Part shown: positions 40,128-52,672 of the stretch, piece by piece
How positions within the stretch are numbered: position 1 is the first letter of the stretch
Layout of the letters: every line of letters starts with the position of its first letter
DNA from: Eledone cirrhosa
Lineage: Eukaryota
Assembly (NCBI GenBank): GCA_964016885.1
Contig: CAXHJY010000529.1
Coordinates: forward strand, 39,025-103,024
Direction: 5' to 3'
Length of the DNA stretch: 64,000 bases
The notes under the pieces: model-generated
Told to the model about the DNA's origin: nothing
What the model saw: the letters and a program-made list of their open reading frames with translations, nothing else
The model's database searches: none
Program-made: the position numbers and the translations under genes

Positions 40128-40166
<39 letters not shown>

Positions 40167-41305
40167 TGTGCGTGTGCGCGCGTGTGTGTATAAAAACTGG
40201 TGGGCGGAGACAACGGAAAAAAGGGGGATGAAACACGACTCCCTTCTTCTCATCAGTCGACCGCTGGAGATAAGTATCACCGCAGTCATCATCTAACGTA
40301 CGTCCTTCTTCCCTGAAAGCAAGGGACTAAAAACCTAGCGCACGCATAAAATATCTTAAAAGACCTTAAAAGGCTCATAGATAATGATTTACATAAATGT
40401 GTATATATATGTCTGTATTAAATTGTACGTATGTATATATGTCTGCATTAAATGGTGTATATATGTACGTATTAAACTGTGTGTGTGTGTGTGTACATAT
40501 ATATATGTATGTGTGTCTGCATTAAATGGTGTATATATGTGTACGTATATATGTATATATATATATATATATATGTCTGTATTAAATGATGAATATATGT
40601 ATGTATGTATGTATATGATATATGTATCTCTCTGTGTGTATATATGGGTGTGTATGTGAGAGAGATAGAGAGAGTATTTAGCGTTATTGGATGTGTTTGT
40701 TATGTCTTCTAACTTGCCTTCCGGTTAAACAAAGCTGTAGTAAAGTAGTGAACACAGATATATAAATATATAAATAAATAAACAGTGAAGATACAAAAAT
40801 ATGCAAATAAGTAAGAGGAACATTAAAAAGAAAGTAGGAGAGATAGATAAGAGATAGAGAGAGGGAGAGAGAGAAAGTGTGTTTTCTTGTAAGTATATAG
40901 TGATGAGAATCTGAAACTGTTAGATAGCGATACAGTTTATTGAATAATAAACAAGGTAAGTGGAACTGGTGAAGAGAAGAAGAAGAACAACAATAATAAT
41001 AAAATAATAGAAACTAAGAATAGATAGTAACAAGAAAATATTTCTAAAAAAAAAAAAAAATGGAGGAAAAAATACGGTAAAAATGTGAAGAAAAAATAAT
41101 AAAAAAAGAGAAAGAGAGAGACAAAAACATAAAAAAACGAAACGAAAAGAAAATAGAAAAAAACTGCAATTATATAATAGAGCTGAATTAGAAGAATGGG
41201 CTTAGTAACAGAGGGAGGATGTCTGTCTGATGGAACTAACGCCTGACGTACAGACAAGCTTCTGCTGCTGTTTCCAGTGAAAACACTTCCTCCCTCCACC
41301 CTTGC

Positions 41306-41337
<32 letters not shown>

Positions 41338-42544
41338 GCTATATTACAACTTGTTTCTTATCTCTTCTTGCCGTTCATTATTAGGTTTTAGGATTAGTGT
41401 TATTATTATTCTTTATTTTTCTATTTTATTGCTACTCTATATTCCCCTACCGCCGCCTCCTCCCACCACCTCTGCCACCAACATTTCACTCATTTTTGTT
41501 ATGATTCTTTTTCTTTCTTGTTTTCTTTATATATTTTTTTCTGTTGGTTTATTTATTTTTCCTTCAGTGACCTCTTTCCTCGTCTGATGAACGAGCGATC
41601 AGGCCGAAAATTGCCTGGGAATGTCAAGGCTATGGAATAGTAGTGAGAAACAGGAGAGAGAGAGAGAGGTGAGGAGAGAGAGAGAGACTGAGGAGAGATG
41701 TGAGGCGAAAGAGAGAGATGGGAGGCATAAAGAGGTGATGGAAGAGAGATGAGGCGGGAAGAGAGGTGAGAGAGAGGTGAGAGAGAGGTGAGGTGGGGGA
41801 GGTTATATAGAGCAAAGAGAATATTTGTTTAAAGAGAAAAGAAAACAGGACGGGAGGAGATGGTAGTGGTGGGGGGAAAGAGACAAGTGAGTAAAGAATG
41901 AAATAGAGGAAAGGAGAGAGAGAGAGTGTGTGTGTGTGAATTAAAAAGAAGACCCGTTAGCAGATGGAATCGTTTAGTACCTACACAAATACACACACAC
42001 ACCCAGTAACACCCACATTCATTTGTATTTAAACTGTATCTATCAAGGCAACCCTTTTCCCCCCACAAAAACAACAAACAAAAAGCACAGTAATCCACCA
42101 CCATCACCACCTACCAACCATATCTCTCTCTCTCGTTTTTTCTCTTCTCTTTCAAATCCAACACGCTTTATATAAACATAGGACGGTAGTAGAAAAAAAT
42201 AAAGAAAAAAAAAACAAAAAAACTACGCCGACATCGTCACCTTCACAATCGTTATAGTTATAACCCGATGTTATTAATATCCGCTTATATTATAATGAAA
42301 AAGCCAAACAAAGACAGCCAAGTTTCTGTCGATCAGTAAAATAAAAAAAATAAAAAAAAAGACGTTATCGAATCTAGTTTGTATTTAGACGAGAGAGAGA
42401 AAGATAGGAAACCTCAGCGTAACCTAGGCTAGTAGGAAGATAAAGAGGAAAAAAACCGGCGACGTATTGAATGAAATTAGTTGTCCTTAACAAAGAGGTC
42501 ATCACCGCTGATGGAACAGACAGTAGGTTGGTTCTAGTTGTCCA

Positions 42545-42588
42545 ATGAACGGAACAACTACCCCAGCGCCACCTCATCAAGTTTATGT
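42545..42588 (+). CDS. Candidate first coding exon of a plus-strand gene (MNGTTTPAPPHQVY+GT)
   Basis: ATG at 42545 open to a perfect donor |gtaagt at 42589 (phase 2). TATATAAA at ~42169 upstream. Confidence 0.4.
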
Positions 42589-42711
42589 GTAAGTGACTGA
42601 GCATTCCACAGACACGTGGACCCTTGACGTAAATATCAATGAGATTCAACAAGACAGTGTTTGTGTATGTGTGAATGTGTATATGAGTGTGTGAATGTGT
42701 GGATATGTATG

Positions 42712-42907
42712 TATATGTGCGTGTGAATATATATGTATATGTGTGTGTGAATATATATGTATATGTGTGTGTGAATATATATGTATATGTGTGTGTGAAT
42801 ATATATGTATATGTGCGTGTGAATATATATGTATATGTGTGTGTGAATATATATGTATATGTGTGTGTGAATATATATGTATATGTGCGTGTGAATATAT
42901 ATATGTA
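42712..42907. repeat. 24-bp tandem repeat
   Basis: Unit gtgtgaatatatatgtatatgtg(t/c). Confidence 0.9.
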
Positions 42908-43410
42908 TCTGTGCGTGTGCATTTGTATGTATATGTGTGTGTGTGTGTGCAAATGTACGTATATATGTGTGTGAATATGTACGGTATGCATATGAGCACG
43001 TGTGTGTAAGTATGTGTGACTAGAAAGACCCTTTAAATTACAGGTACAGTTCCACCGACGGGCTTCCACACAGTTTCCGTCTACGCAATATCACCCAGAA
43101 ATGAAATGTCGACCGGAGGTTACGGTAAATAACACAAGCCCAAGATACCACCATACAGTGGAATCGAACCCGTGATCAGATGATTCAACCATGTCACAAC
43201 CACGTTAAACATCAATATCTGTTTGTTGTATGATGGATAAGTTAGTTGACTTATGAATATTTGAGCAGAGCAAGCGGATAAATTACTCTTTGTACTGTAA
43301 GAGACTGAGTCCCAGAAAATAACCTCTAATACGAACAGAAACTGCTGGAGAGAAGAAAATAGAAATAAATACTATTTGAGCCGTTTCCTAATTCTATATT
43401 GCTGCTAGAA

Positions 43411-44260
43411 AGGCGGAGAATTGACAGATATGTTAGAACGCCAGATAGAATTATATTTGCAGTCATCGTTCCAGATCTCTGATCTCTGAGTTCAAATCAC
43501 GCCGAGGTCAACTTTACTTTTCATTATTTCTAGGGCGGTGGATTGGCAGTATCGGTAGAGGGTAGGACACCATGCTTTGTAGCATAGAGTTATGGTCCTT
43601 TACAATGTGAGTTCAAATCCCACCTAGGTTAACTTTGCCTTTCATCCTTACGGGGTCGATAAAATAAAGTACCAGTAACGTATTGGGGTCGATTTAATCG
43701 ACTTTTCCCTCCCCAAAATTACGGGCTTTGTGACTAGAAATCATTTCTGGGTCGATAAATAAAAAGTACTGTACCATTCCATTATTTGCAGAATATTTTC
43801 ATGAGTGATAGGGAAATAAACAAAAACTATGTTTCAGAATCTAGGGGTCCAAAAGCTTTTGGACTATCGGTAGAGGGTCGGACGCCATGTTTTTTTAGCA
43901 CAGTTACGTCCCTTTACGGACTGAGTTCAAATCCCGCCGAGGTTAACTTTGCCTTTCATCCTTACGGGGTCGATAAAATAAAGTACCAGTTATACCCTGA
44001 GATAATTGCTGGCCTTGTGCCTAAAGTAGAAACAATTATTATATAGGGCGGTGAATTGGCAGAATCGGTAGAGCGCCGGACATGCTTTGCAGCATAGAGT
44101 TGCGGCTCTTTACGTTCTGAGTTCAAATAACGCCGAGGTTAACTTTGCCCTTCATCCCGACGGGGTCGATAAAATAAAGTACCAGTAATGCACTGAGGTC
44201 GATTTAATCGACTTACCCCTCACCCCAAAAGATTGCTGGCCTTGTGCCTAAAATAGAAAC
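43411..44260 (+). mobile_element. Cluster of about four tandem tRNA-derived SINEs (Meta/MESC-like central domain)
   Basis: Repeated ggcggtgaattggcagaatcggtagag (A box), gagttcaaatcc (B box) and gcctttcatccttacggggtcgataaaataaagtaccag. Other copies near 300-390(-), 555-690(-), 2418-2586, 14208-14592, 16550-16705, 20287-20545(-), 26469-26590, 36860-36990(-), 47113-47300(-) and 49695-49950(-). The domain name is from memory. Confidence 0.85.
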
Positions 44261-44305
44261 ACTTATTGCTGACATCTACGGCATCTGTCCACGCACACAC
44301 ACACA

Positions 44306-44353
<48 letters not shown>

Positions 44354-44591
44354 AGGGAGTGTAACGTGGAGTTACTGTAGGTTCACCCGGGTGAGCACTC
44401 AATGTTTAGGTTCACTTCAGTGTCGAGGTGTAGAGCTAGACAGAGTGTATTATATTGAAAAGATAGGGTAAGATAGGTAAAGAATCGGGTTAGGTCGATA
44501 CAGATCGAACCTTGAGCTGATCAGTGGCGAAACGCGCGTCACCTGCCAATAAATGTAATGAAGGAGTAACCAATCGTCCTTGTTATCCTTT

Positions 44592-44650
<59 letters not shown>

Positions 44651-44875
44651 TGTATACACACTGAGGGAAATTACTGTAGAACTGAGGAAGATAAAAGACT
44701 TCTAACAGCTGCGACCTGATTGGATAAATTTTCTTTGCAAAAATCAGTGTTGCCAACCAGCAGAGGAACCGTCGTGGGGGAGACAATTGCAGATAAAGAA
44801 AGATATATTCACAAACGACTACACTGATACACACACACTGATAGCTGAGTGTGTGTGTGTATGTATATATATATA

Positions 44876-44954
44876 TTGGGTTGTAACATAAATTCCCGCC
44901 GTTGTTATGAAACTTCTTAATAACATAACGGCGGGAATTTATGTTACAACTCTA
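44876..44954. mobile_element. 79-bp mariner-type MITE
   Basis: 28-bp TIRs ttgggttgtaacataaattcccgccgtt / aacggcgggaatttatgttacaactcta, flanked by TA. Confidence 0.75.
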
Positions 44955-45026
44955 TATATACATATAAGTATTTGTGTGTGTGTGTGTGTATGTGTGTATG
45001 TGTACATACATACATACATACATACA

Positions 45027-45059
<33 letters not shown>

Positions 45060-46706
45060 CTAAAACACCATTGAATGAAATCGAGACAGAAAACAAATAG
45101 CGTGCGCGTGTATGTATGTTCATATATATATGTGTGAGTGTGTGTGTATGTATGTTTATATATATATGTGAGTGTGTGTGTGTGTGTGTGTGTGTATAAT
45201 TGAGAAAGGGGAATGTGACTTAGAAACCAGTGTGGTATAGAAAGAATGTCTGCGACATTACTAAAGGAAGTGGACAGGTCAATTTGCACGACAGGGTATC
45301 AGGTTAGGTGAAATTTTTTACATCAGTATGTGGGTGTGGGTGTGTATGGGGGGTAGGAAGAGGGGGGTGCCTAGGAATGGGAGGTAGGATGAGGGGAGGG
45401 GTGTATACCAAACAGGAAACCGAAATGAGGGAAAAAGAGCAGGAGATTTAAGTTAGATGTGGTTGTTTGGTGGGTTTGGTGTGGCAGCACTACAATAGTG
45501 TTAAACCTGCTGACGACGAATATCTCCAGTTTCTCACGACATATCTTCACCAGACCTACCACTAATGTGTAATAAGATAGTAACATACTTGATATAGAAT
45601 ACACACACCTCACTACACACACACACATCTCAATACACTCATACCTCACTACACACACACCTTTCAATACACTCACACCTCACTACACACACACCTTTCA
45701 ATACACTCACACCTCACTACACACACACACCTCTCAATACACACACACCTCTTACTACACACACCTCTTACTACACACACACACACAGGGGGGAGAGAGA
45801 GGAAGGGCGTCAAAAGTCACGTGAGATATATAAGATTTCTGAACCGCCCAACCTATACTTTCGTCGTTAAACTAGAAAATGGTGATGTCGATAGTGATGA
45901 TGATGGTGATGGTGAAGACAATGGCGATAGTGATGGTGGTGATGATGATGATGATGCTGATGCTGACGGTGGTGATGATGATGCTGATGATGATGCTGGC
46001 AAGGATGACATAAGATACATAAACATCATAATACTGAAACAAAAGTAGAATAAAACTTGAAGCCAGTGTATATTGATCATATAACGGAATATTATATTAA
46101 ACATACATGCGTAAATATATATTTGTAAATACCTGACATATATTGCCAAACATATCGACACAGACGCACACACACAAATATACATACATACATATAAACA
46201 AAATTCACACAGAAACACACACACATATATATATATCATCATCACCGTTTTAAGTCCGTTCTTCCACGCTAGCATGGGTTAGACGGATTGTCCTGTTGTG
46301 GGCAGTGTCCGGTCGGCTGACCTTGTCTTGCTCATACAGGAACTGATTCTGGTTTGGTTTCTACAGCTGGATGCCCTTCCTAACACCAACCTCATCTACA
46401 GTGAGTGCTGGGTGCTTTTTTTCCGTGGCACCTCCATGTCCACTTTACAGTGGAAGGGGGTGGGGCATATTGTCTATGTGTCTAGATTTGTGAAATCTTG
46501 TTTACGTATACATGCACACAAAGCATTTCCTATTCCAGTCATGTTGCTACAATAAGATGTTTCACTTTCCAGCCACAAGGTCCTGGGTTCTAACCCTACA
46601 TTTGTCCCTGTAAATATTTAATTCTCCAAATTTATGTAAATTATATCCTAGAAATAAATTAAAATATTCAACTTAATAAAAGCCGACCGTACCCAATTGC
46701 ACCTCT

Positions 46707-47102
46707 CAAAGGCGATGACACACGACCGTGACCTCTGGCGTCACATAGTAATACAGAAGACCCGACTTCCTACGGGTACAAGCCGAAGCTGAAGCATATA
46801 GACAATATGCCCCCGCCCCCTCCCACTGCAAAGTGGTCGTGGAGGTGCCAGGGGAAAAAAGCACCCAGCCCACACTGTAAAGTGGACATGTAGGTGCCAC
46901 GGAAAAAAGCACCCAGCACTCACTGTAAAGGAGGTTGGTGTTAGGAAGGGCATCCAACTAGAAATCAAGCCAGAATCAGTTCCCGTATGAGCAAGACAAG
47001 GTCAGCCGACTGGACACTGCCCACAACAGGACAACCCGTCTAACCCATGCTAGCATGGAAGAACGGACGTAAAACGGTGATGATGATGATGATGATGATG
47101 AT
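46707..47102 (+). mobile_element. SINE with a LINE-derived tail ending in (GAT)n
   Basis: ggtgttaggaagggcatcca...aacccatgctagcatggaagaacggacgtaaaacggtgatgatg. Copies near 22200-22653, 26185-26345, 46237-46478(-), 48727-48925(-), 49995-50110(-), 50617-50695(-), 51990-52280(-), 54560-54760(-) and 55909-56080(-). Confidence 0.85.
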
Positions 47103-47519
47103 GTATATAATAATGGTTTCTAATTTAGACACAAGGTCAGCAATTTTGGGGGAAGAAGAAAGTCGGCTTAAAGGTTCCCAGACGGTTACTTTATTTATCG
47201 ACCGCGGAAAGATGAAAGTCACAGTTGACCTCGGTTAGATTTGAACTCAGAAAGTAAAAGACCCGTAGAAATACAGTAAAGCACTTCGTTCTACGCCTCA
47301 ATAACCCCCCCCCCCCACCACCACCACCACCACCACACACACTTCACTATTATATAACAATGTGTCATACTCTACATATATAGATAAATCCTTGATGAAA
47401 GACTTAACGCCGGAAATATTTTTCCTGCTGTTTAAAGCGTTAAACTAATATATCTCAACATTGCACCATATTGTTCTCCTGTGAAGCTTTTCATCGTTGA
47501 CTTTTCGCAACACACACAT

Positions 47520-47572
<53 letters not shown>

Positions 47573-48354
47573 GCGTGCGCGAAAAGCACCAACCTTCGCT
47601 TTTTGTTTTCATTGTTCAGCACACGTGTGTGTGTGTGTGTGTAATTATCTAAATATTTTCTTTTCCCTGTTGAAACAGAATCTAAGTATACTCTTTAAGT
47701 AGGTGTAAAGCTAATATATATATAGATGAGTATTTAAACTTTATTTTATTCTGAGTTAAGGCTCTATTGATTTTTCCCTGGATTTCACAAAATTCTGTGG
47801 ATAAATGACTTAAATTTTTTTTAATTGAGTTTGAATTATTTCCCCACATCTTACGTTAACTATTTTTCCATTTTGACGTTATAGTCACTTATATATTATG
47901 GAATACTGTTGGCTTCACCCTCACAATAATTTCTATATTTTCATATATATAATATATATATATATAGGTTAACTTCACACCTTTTATATATAATCTGGCT
48001 GGAAACGTCCTTCCTTGTCGACTGTCCATAACTAATCTGACAGAGAGATTTGTGGGAGATGTATTTTCGAGATAAGAAGCCGACTAGAATGTTTACTTTG
48101 TTTATCAGCACGGCTCCACTCTTATCAGATGTATAAAGTGTTGAAAGGCCGAAAGCAGTTGAAACCAACTTGTCCTCTTCATCAATAAACAGTTCACATT
48201 AATAGTATTCTGTCTTGGCCTTGACACGGCTGGTTTCCTCATCACAACCGGGAGCCTGCCGACCCCAACTGTGGTGTGATGGGAAGCGCCCAGACAGGAA
48301 ACAACCTTTTCCGAGTAATCTGGGACGCTACATGTTGCGGACACGTTCTCTCTC

Positions 48355-48385
<31 letters not shown>

Positions 48386-48550
48386 CAAAGGAATTGTGGT
48401 AAGGAACAAGATGGACCATAACGCACCAGAGTACTCAATACTTAGGGTAGTAGAGTGGGAAATAGGAAAAAGGCTTGAGCTCTTCCGTCAGGGTCATACT
48501 TTTTCCTATATATATATATATATGGGATAGTCTTAACGCACGGTGTTGTG

Positions 48551-48582
<32 letters not shown>

Positions 48583-50106
48583 ATATACATCAGATATGTT
48601 GTGGTAAAAATCTGTTAGACCATATCCCACCAGAGTACTCGATATTTGGGGTAGCAGAGTGGGTAATATGAAAAGATTCAGTCAGGACCCCTGAAAACAC
48701 TTCATATATATATATATATATATATATCATCATCATCACCGCTTTACGTCCGTTCTTCCATGCTAGCATGGGTTAGACGGGTTGTCCTGTTGTGGGCAAT
48801 GCTCATACGGGAACTGATTCTGGCTCGATTTCTACAGCTGGATGCCCTTTCTAACACCAACCTCATTTACAGTGAGTGCTGGGTGCTTTTTTGCCATGGC
48901 ACCTCCACGACCATTTTACAGTGGAATGATAGGAAACCGCAGTCCCTATCATCTCATTTCTACAGCTGAGTAAACTGGAGCAACATGAAATAAAGTGTCT
49001 TGCTCAAGGAAACAACACATCAGCCGGTCTGAGAATTGAACTCACAACCTTTCGATTGCAAGGCCAATGCTCTAACCAATAAGCCATGTGCCTCCACCTA
49101 TATTAAACTAAACTAAGAAAAGTTTGTTCACTTTTAAAAATTGTCCTGTGACATTCTGTGAATTTTCTATGAAAACTAACAGAAATATATTCTATATTAG
49201 CCTATTTCAGTTCCACCTACAACCCTGCCCTGTCGTGACCCCGTAGTTTCCCTGGTGTCAAAAGAATCCTATCATCTATCGTTCTTACTAAGACTTTTTA
49301 ATCTTTGCTAAGATTACTAAAGCAAAGAGACTTAGGCCGTGCGTGTGTGTGTGTGTGTGTGTGTCTACGTGCGTGTGTGTGAGTGTATGTGTCTGTCTGT
49401 AGCGTTCTTGTCCATGATTAATTACCGAACAGTCCTGTCGTATCAAGCAACTCATACTTAACTACTCAATATATATACATGTAGGTAAATAAAGGGATTT
49501 GTATCTCTAGGGGACTCATGCCATTATGAAAAGAAAAAAAAAATTCACAATAACGTTTAATGTATCTAAGGACTTTTAACACCTGATTGAGTTGGAGGGA
49601 CCGCTAAAGTGACATACAGTTTCTTGGGTACTTTAAAACCTTGAAGAGGCAATCGCAGAGATAGAGATAGAGAGAAAGCGAGAATGAGATGAAGATTCGA
49701 CCCCAGCGCGTGACTGGTACTTTATTTTATCGACCTCGAAATAATGGTTTCTCATATAGGCACAAGGTCAACAATTTTGGGGGAGGGGGAAGTCGATTAA
49801 ATCGACCCCAGCGCGTGACTGGTACTTTATTTTATCGACCTCGAAATGATTAAAGTTAAAGTTGACCTCAGCGGGATTTGAACTCAGAGAGCAAAGAGCT
49901 GAAACTAATACTGCAAGTCATTCCATCTGATGTTCTAACCACTCTCACAATATACGTTGTTTTCTAGAATATGTAAATAAAATACGTCATATATCATCAT
50001 CATCATCATCATCATCAACGTTTAACGTCCGTGTTCCATGCTTGCATGGGTTTGGACAGGGGTAGTCCCACTTGAGGCAAGAGTGATTGTCTTGCTCGCA
50101 TAGGAC

Positions 50107-50141
<35 letters not shown>

Positions 50142-50217
50142 CGTATTTTATTTACATATTCTAGAAAATATAGTGACGAAGCATAAGTCAATTGCATGAA
50201 CTCATAATCCTTTATTT

Positions 50218-50272
50218 ACTGCTTTATATTTCGATGATAGCCATTGAGTGGCTATGACCTCATCAGGCAGTT
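50218..50272 (-). ncRNA. Hammerhead ribozyme in a PLE-like end
   Basis: Minus strand: ACTGC-CTGATGA-GGTC-ATAGCCA-CTCAA-TGGCTAT-CATC-GAAAT-ATA-AA-GCAGT, then AATAAA. Perfect 7-bp hairpin in helix II. Helix I is offset by 2 nt. Confidence 0.65.
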
Positions 50273-50330
50273 AGTCAGTTCTTAGATATGCCAGCTCTGT
50301 GTTTATGGTGTTGATTGTATCAGAGCCTTG

Positions 50331-50366
<36 letters not shown>

Positions 50367-50480
50367 TAGAAAGGAAAAATATTTTTTCAGTGAAATTTCA
50401 AAGCATTAATTTATTTACAATATGTAAATAAATTAATGCTTTGAAATTTCACTAAAAAAACCTCTTCCTTTCTACTATTT

Positions 50481-50528
<48 letters not shown>

Positions 50529-50727
50529 GTAATAATAAATGTGAGTTTCAGAAGATCCCGTTAAGGGTGAAAGCAACGATTCTTTGCTTAAACTTTAATC
50601 TGTTATTTTAATATATCATCATCACCGTTTTACGTCCGTTCTTCCACACTAGCATGGGTTAGACGGGTTGTCCTGTTGTGGGCAGTGTCCGGGAACTACA
50701 CACATATATATAATTTGATTGTCTTAC

Positions 50728-51287
50728 CCCACTTTCTGCTTCTTCATCACGAGCTTCAGCAGAACGCTGCTGTCTTCTCCGTAGTCTCAATGAAGGTGAC
50801 GCTCGTATCCGCCTTATTTCTGTCCACTGGATATTTCGTGAACCATATCGTTTTGGTAGTAATTTACTTCGGACAGAGAGAGAATGAGTCTGGTAATATG
50901 AAAGCATTCGATACGTCCTTCGATCAGCAACACGATACTTCTGCGAGAGCCGTTTAGGTCTCCAATGTAGAGTCATCATTAGACCACCCCGCTTCTTACC
51001 AGAGCTGCCACTTGTACTGGCGTTCGAGCTGTTCGCTTTCCTGCGAAGTTTTAATGCGGGACTGTTGCTCTCGATCTCCCAACAACCCGGCAAACTTTCT
51101 TCTTCTTCACTGTCTTTTTCTATAAGAGCTCCACGTTCCGGTCTGGCGGCTCTCGGCCGAAGACAGAACTGGTGCTCTTGTGATGAAGATTTACGAGTGC
51201 TAGCTCTTGTAACAATACTACGCTCTTGCTTCTTCGATTTACTTTCGACCAGTTCGTTGCTCACATCTTGACAAAATGTTCTTTTAT
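50728..51287 (-). CDS. Coding exon (560 nt, K/R/S/E-rich) of the same gene
   Basis: Within ORF 50659-51297. Acceptor tttatgtttgcag|AT completes T|AT=Tyr, and donor GGG|gtaaga is phase 0. No stop codon, so the gene continues toward lower coordinates. Confidence 0.88.
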
Positions 51288-51914
51288 CTGCAAACATAAA
51301 TATAAATATAAATAAAAATTGAAATGCAAAAACATAAATGTATTAAATCTGATATATATAAATATATATGTATAGTATATTTGGCAATATACCGTATGTT
51401 TAATTAAAAACATTTAGAAGACCATACGCTATCAATTTTAAAGTAGCGGCTGTCATTTACTTCTTTTCGGCGAAAGAAGGGAGAGAAGCTGACAGTCTGT
51501 TTCACAAACATACGGTATATTGCTAAATATACTATACATACATTCATGTATACATCGCTATTTCAGAGCACCAATCCTAATACCATATATATATATATAT
51601 ATATACACATATATAAAGTTTACAAAAAACAATCGAAATAAATTTAATCTAATAAAAAAAAAATTAAAGATTTTATGGGAGAATTTTATGTATTATTACT
51701 TGGAATATATTTCTTAAGACTCCCATTGGTCACTAATGACCATGGTTTTGACCGTACCCGTAGACGGGGTACCTGTGAGACGGGGAACCTGAGACAGGAT
51801 TCTCAATGCTAAAATATCTTTGATAATGGGTCTTCTTGATAAAGGAGGACCAGGGCATGAATAAATAAAATAAATAATAAGATAAATAAATAAAACAAAA
51901 AGAAAAATACTTAC

Positions 51915-51957
51915 AAAGAATGGATCTCATTACAGCTTTACGTTTGAGTTCTTCTGC
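51915..51957 (-). CDS. Coding exon (43 nt, AEELKRKAVMRSIL+T) of the same gene
   Basis: Acceptor ttttttattacag|GCA and donor CTTT|gtaagt, phase 0 to 1. Matches the phase-1 acceptor of the next exon. Confidence 0.85.
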
Positions 51958-52391
51958 CTGTAATAAAAAAGTGAAACTTTAATATATATCGCCATTTTAC
52001 GTCCGTCTTCCACACTGGCATGGGTTCGACGGGTTGCTATGGTCTAAGACTAGATGGGTCAGAGTGACCTATGACCTACATTGCTCATACATTCCATATT
52101 TGACATTGCTTCTATGACTGGATGCCCTTTCTAACATCAATCTCCTTACAGGGTGTACTTGGTGTGTTTTGTTTCATGGCACCATAACTAAAACTTTACA
52201 GAGAGTACTGGGTGCATTTGTTTTTCTGGTATCGACATTAACATATTACAGAGTGTACTGGGTGCGTTTTCTCTTGGCATCAACAGTAACACTTTACATA
52301 AAGAAATTTTATTGTGGTACTAGAGAAGGTGCCATATGTTGGGTTAAACTGAAGGTTCCTCAAATCCCATATTGTCTCCGTTCAATTAGCA

Positions 52392-52504
<113 letters not shown>

Positions 52505-52597
52505 GTATGTTCACACACACACACTCATGTATACACACGCATGCATACAGTCATATATACCCGCACACATTAAAAATATAACTACACAACTACTTAC

Positions 52598-52672
52598 CAT
52601 TCGTCGAGTGTTCGTCTTGCTTTTTTGGAAATAAAACTTTCCTTTCTCTTTGATAATTGCAGCATTTAATTT
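52598..52672 (-). CDS. Coding exon (75 nt, KLNAAIIKEKGKFYFQKSKTNTRRM) of the same gene
   Basis: Acceptor ctctctttattatctttcag|AAA and donor ATG|gtaagt, phase 0 to 0. Compatible with the flanking exons. Confidence 0.85.

Noticed and set aside
41584-41615. CTGATGA...GAAA hammerhead-like match
   Set aside because: The intervening acgagcgatcaggcc forms no convincing helix II, and the PLE tail box and TA-tract context are absent.
43411-44260. tRNA gene cluster
   Set aside because: The A/B boxes run into a shared SINE body and no cloverleaf acceptor stems form.
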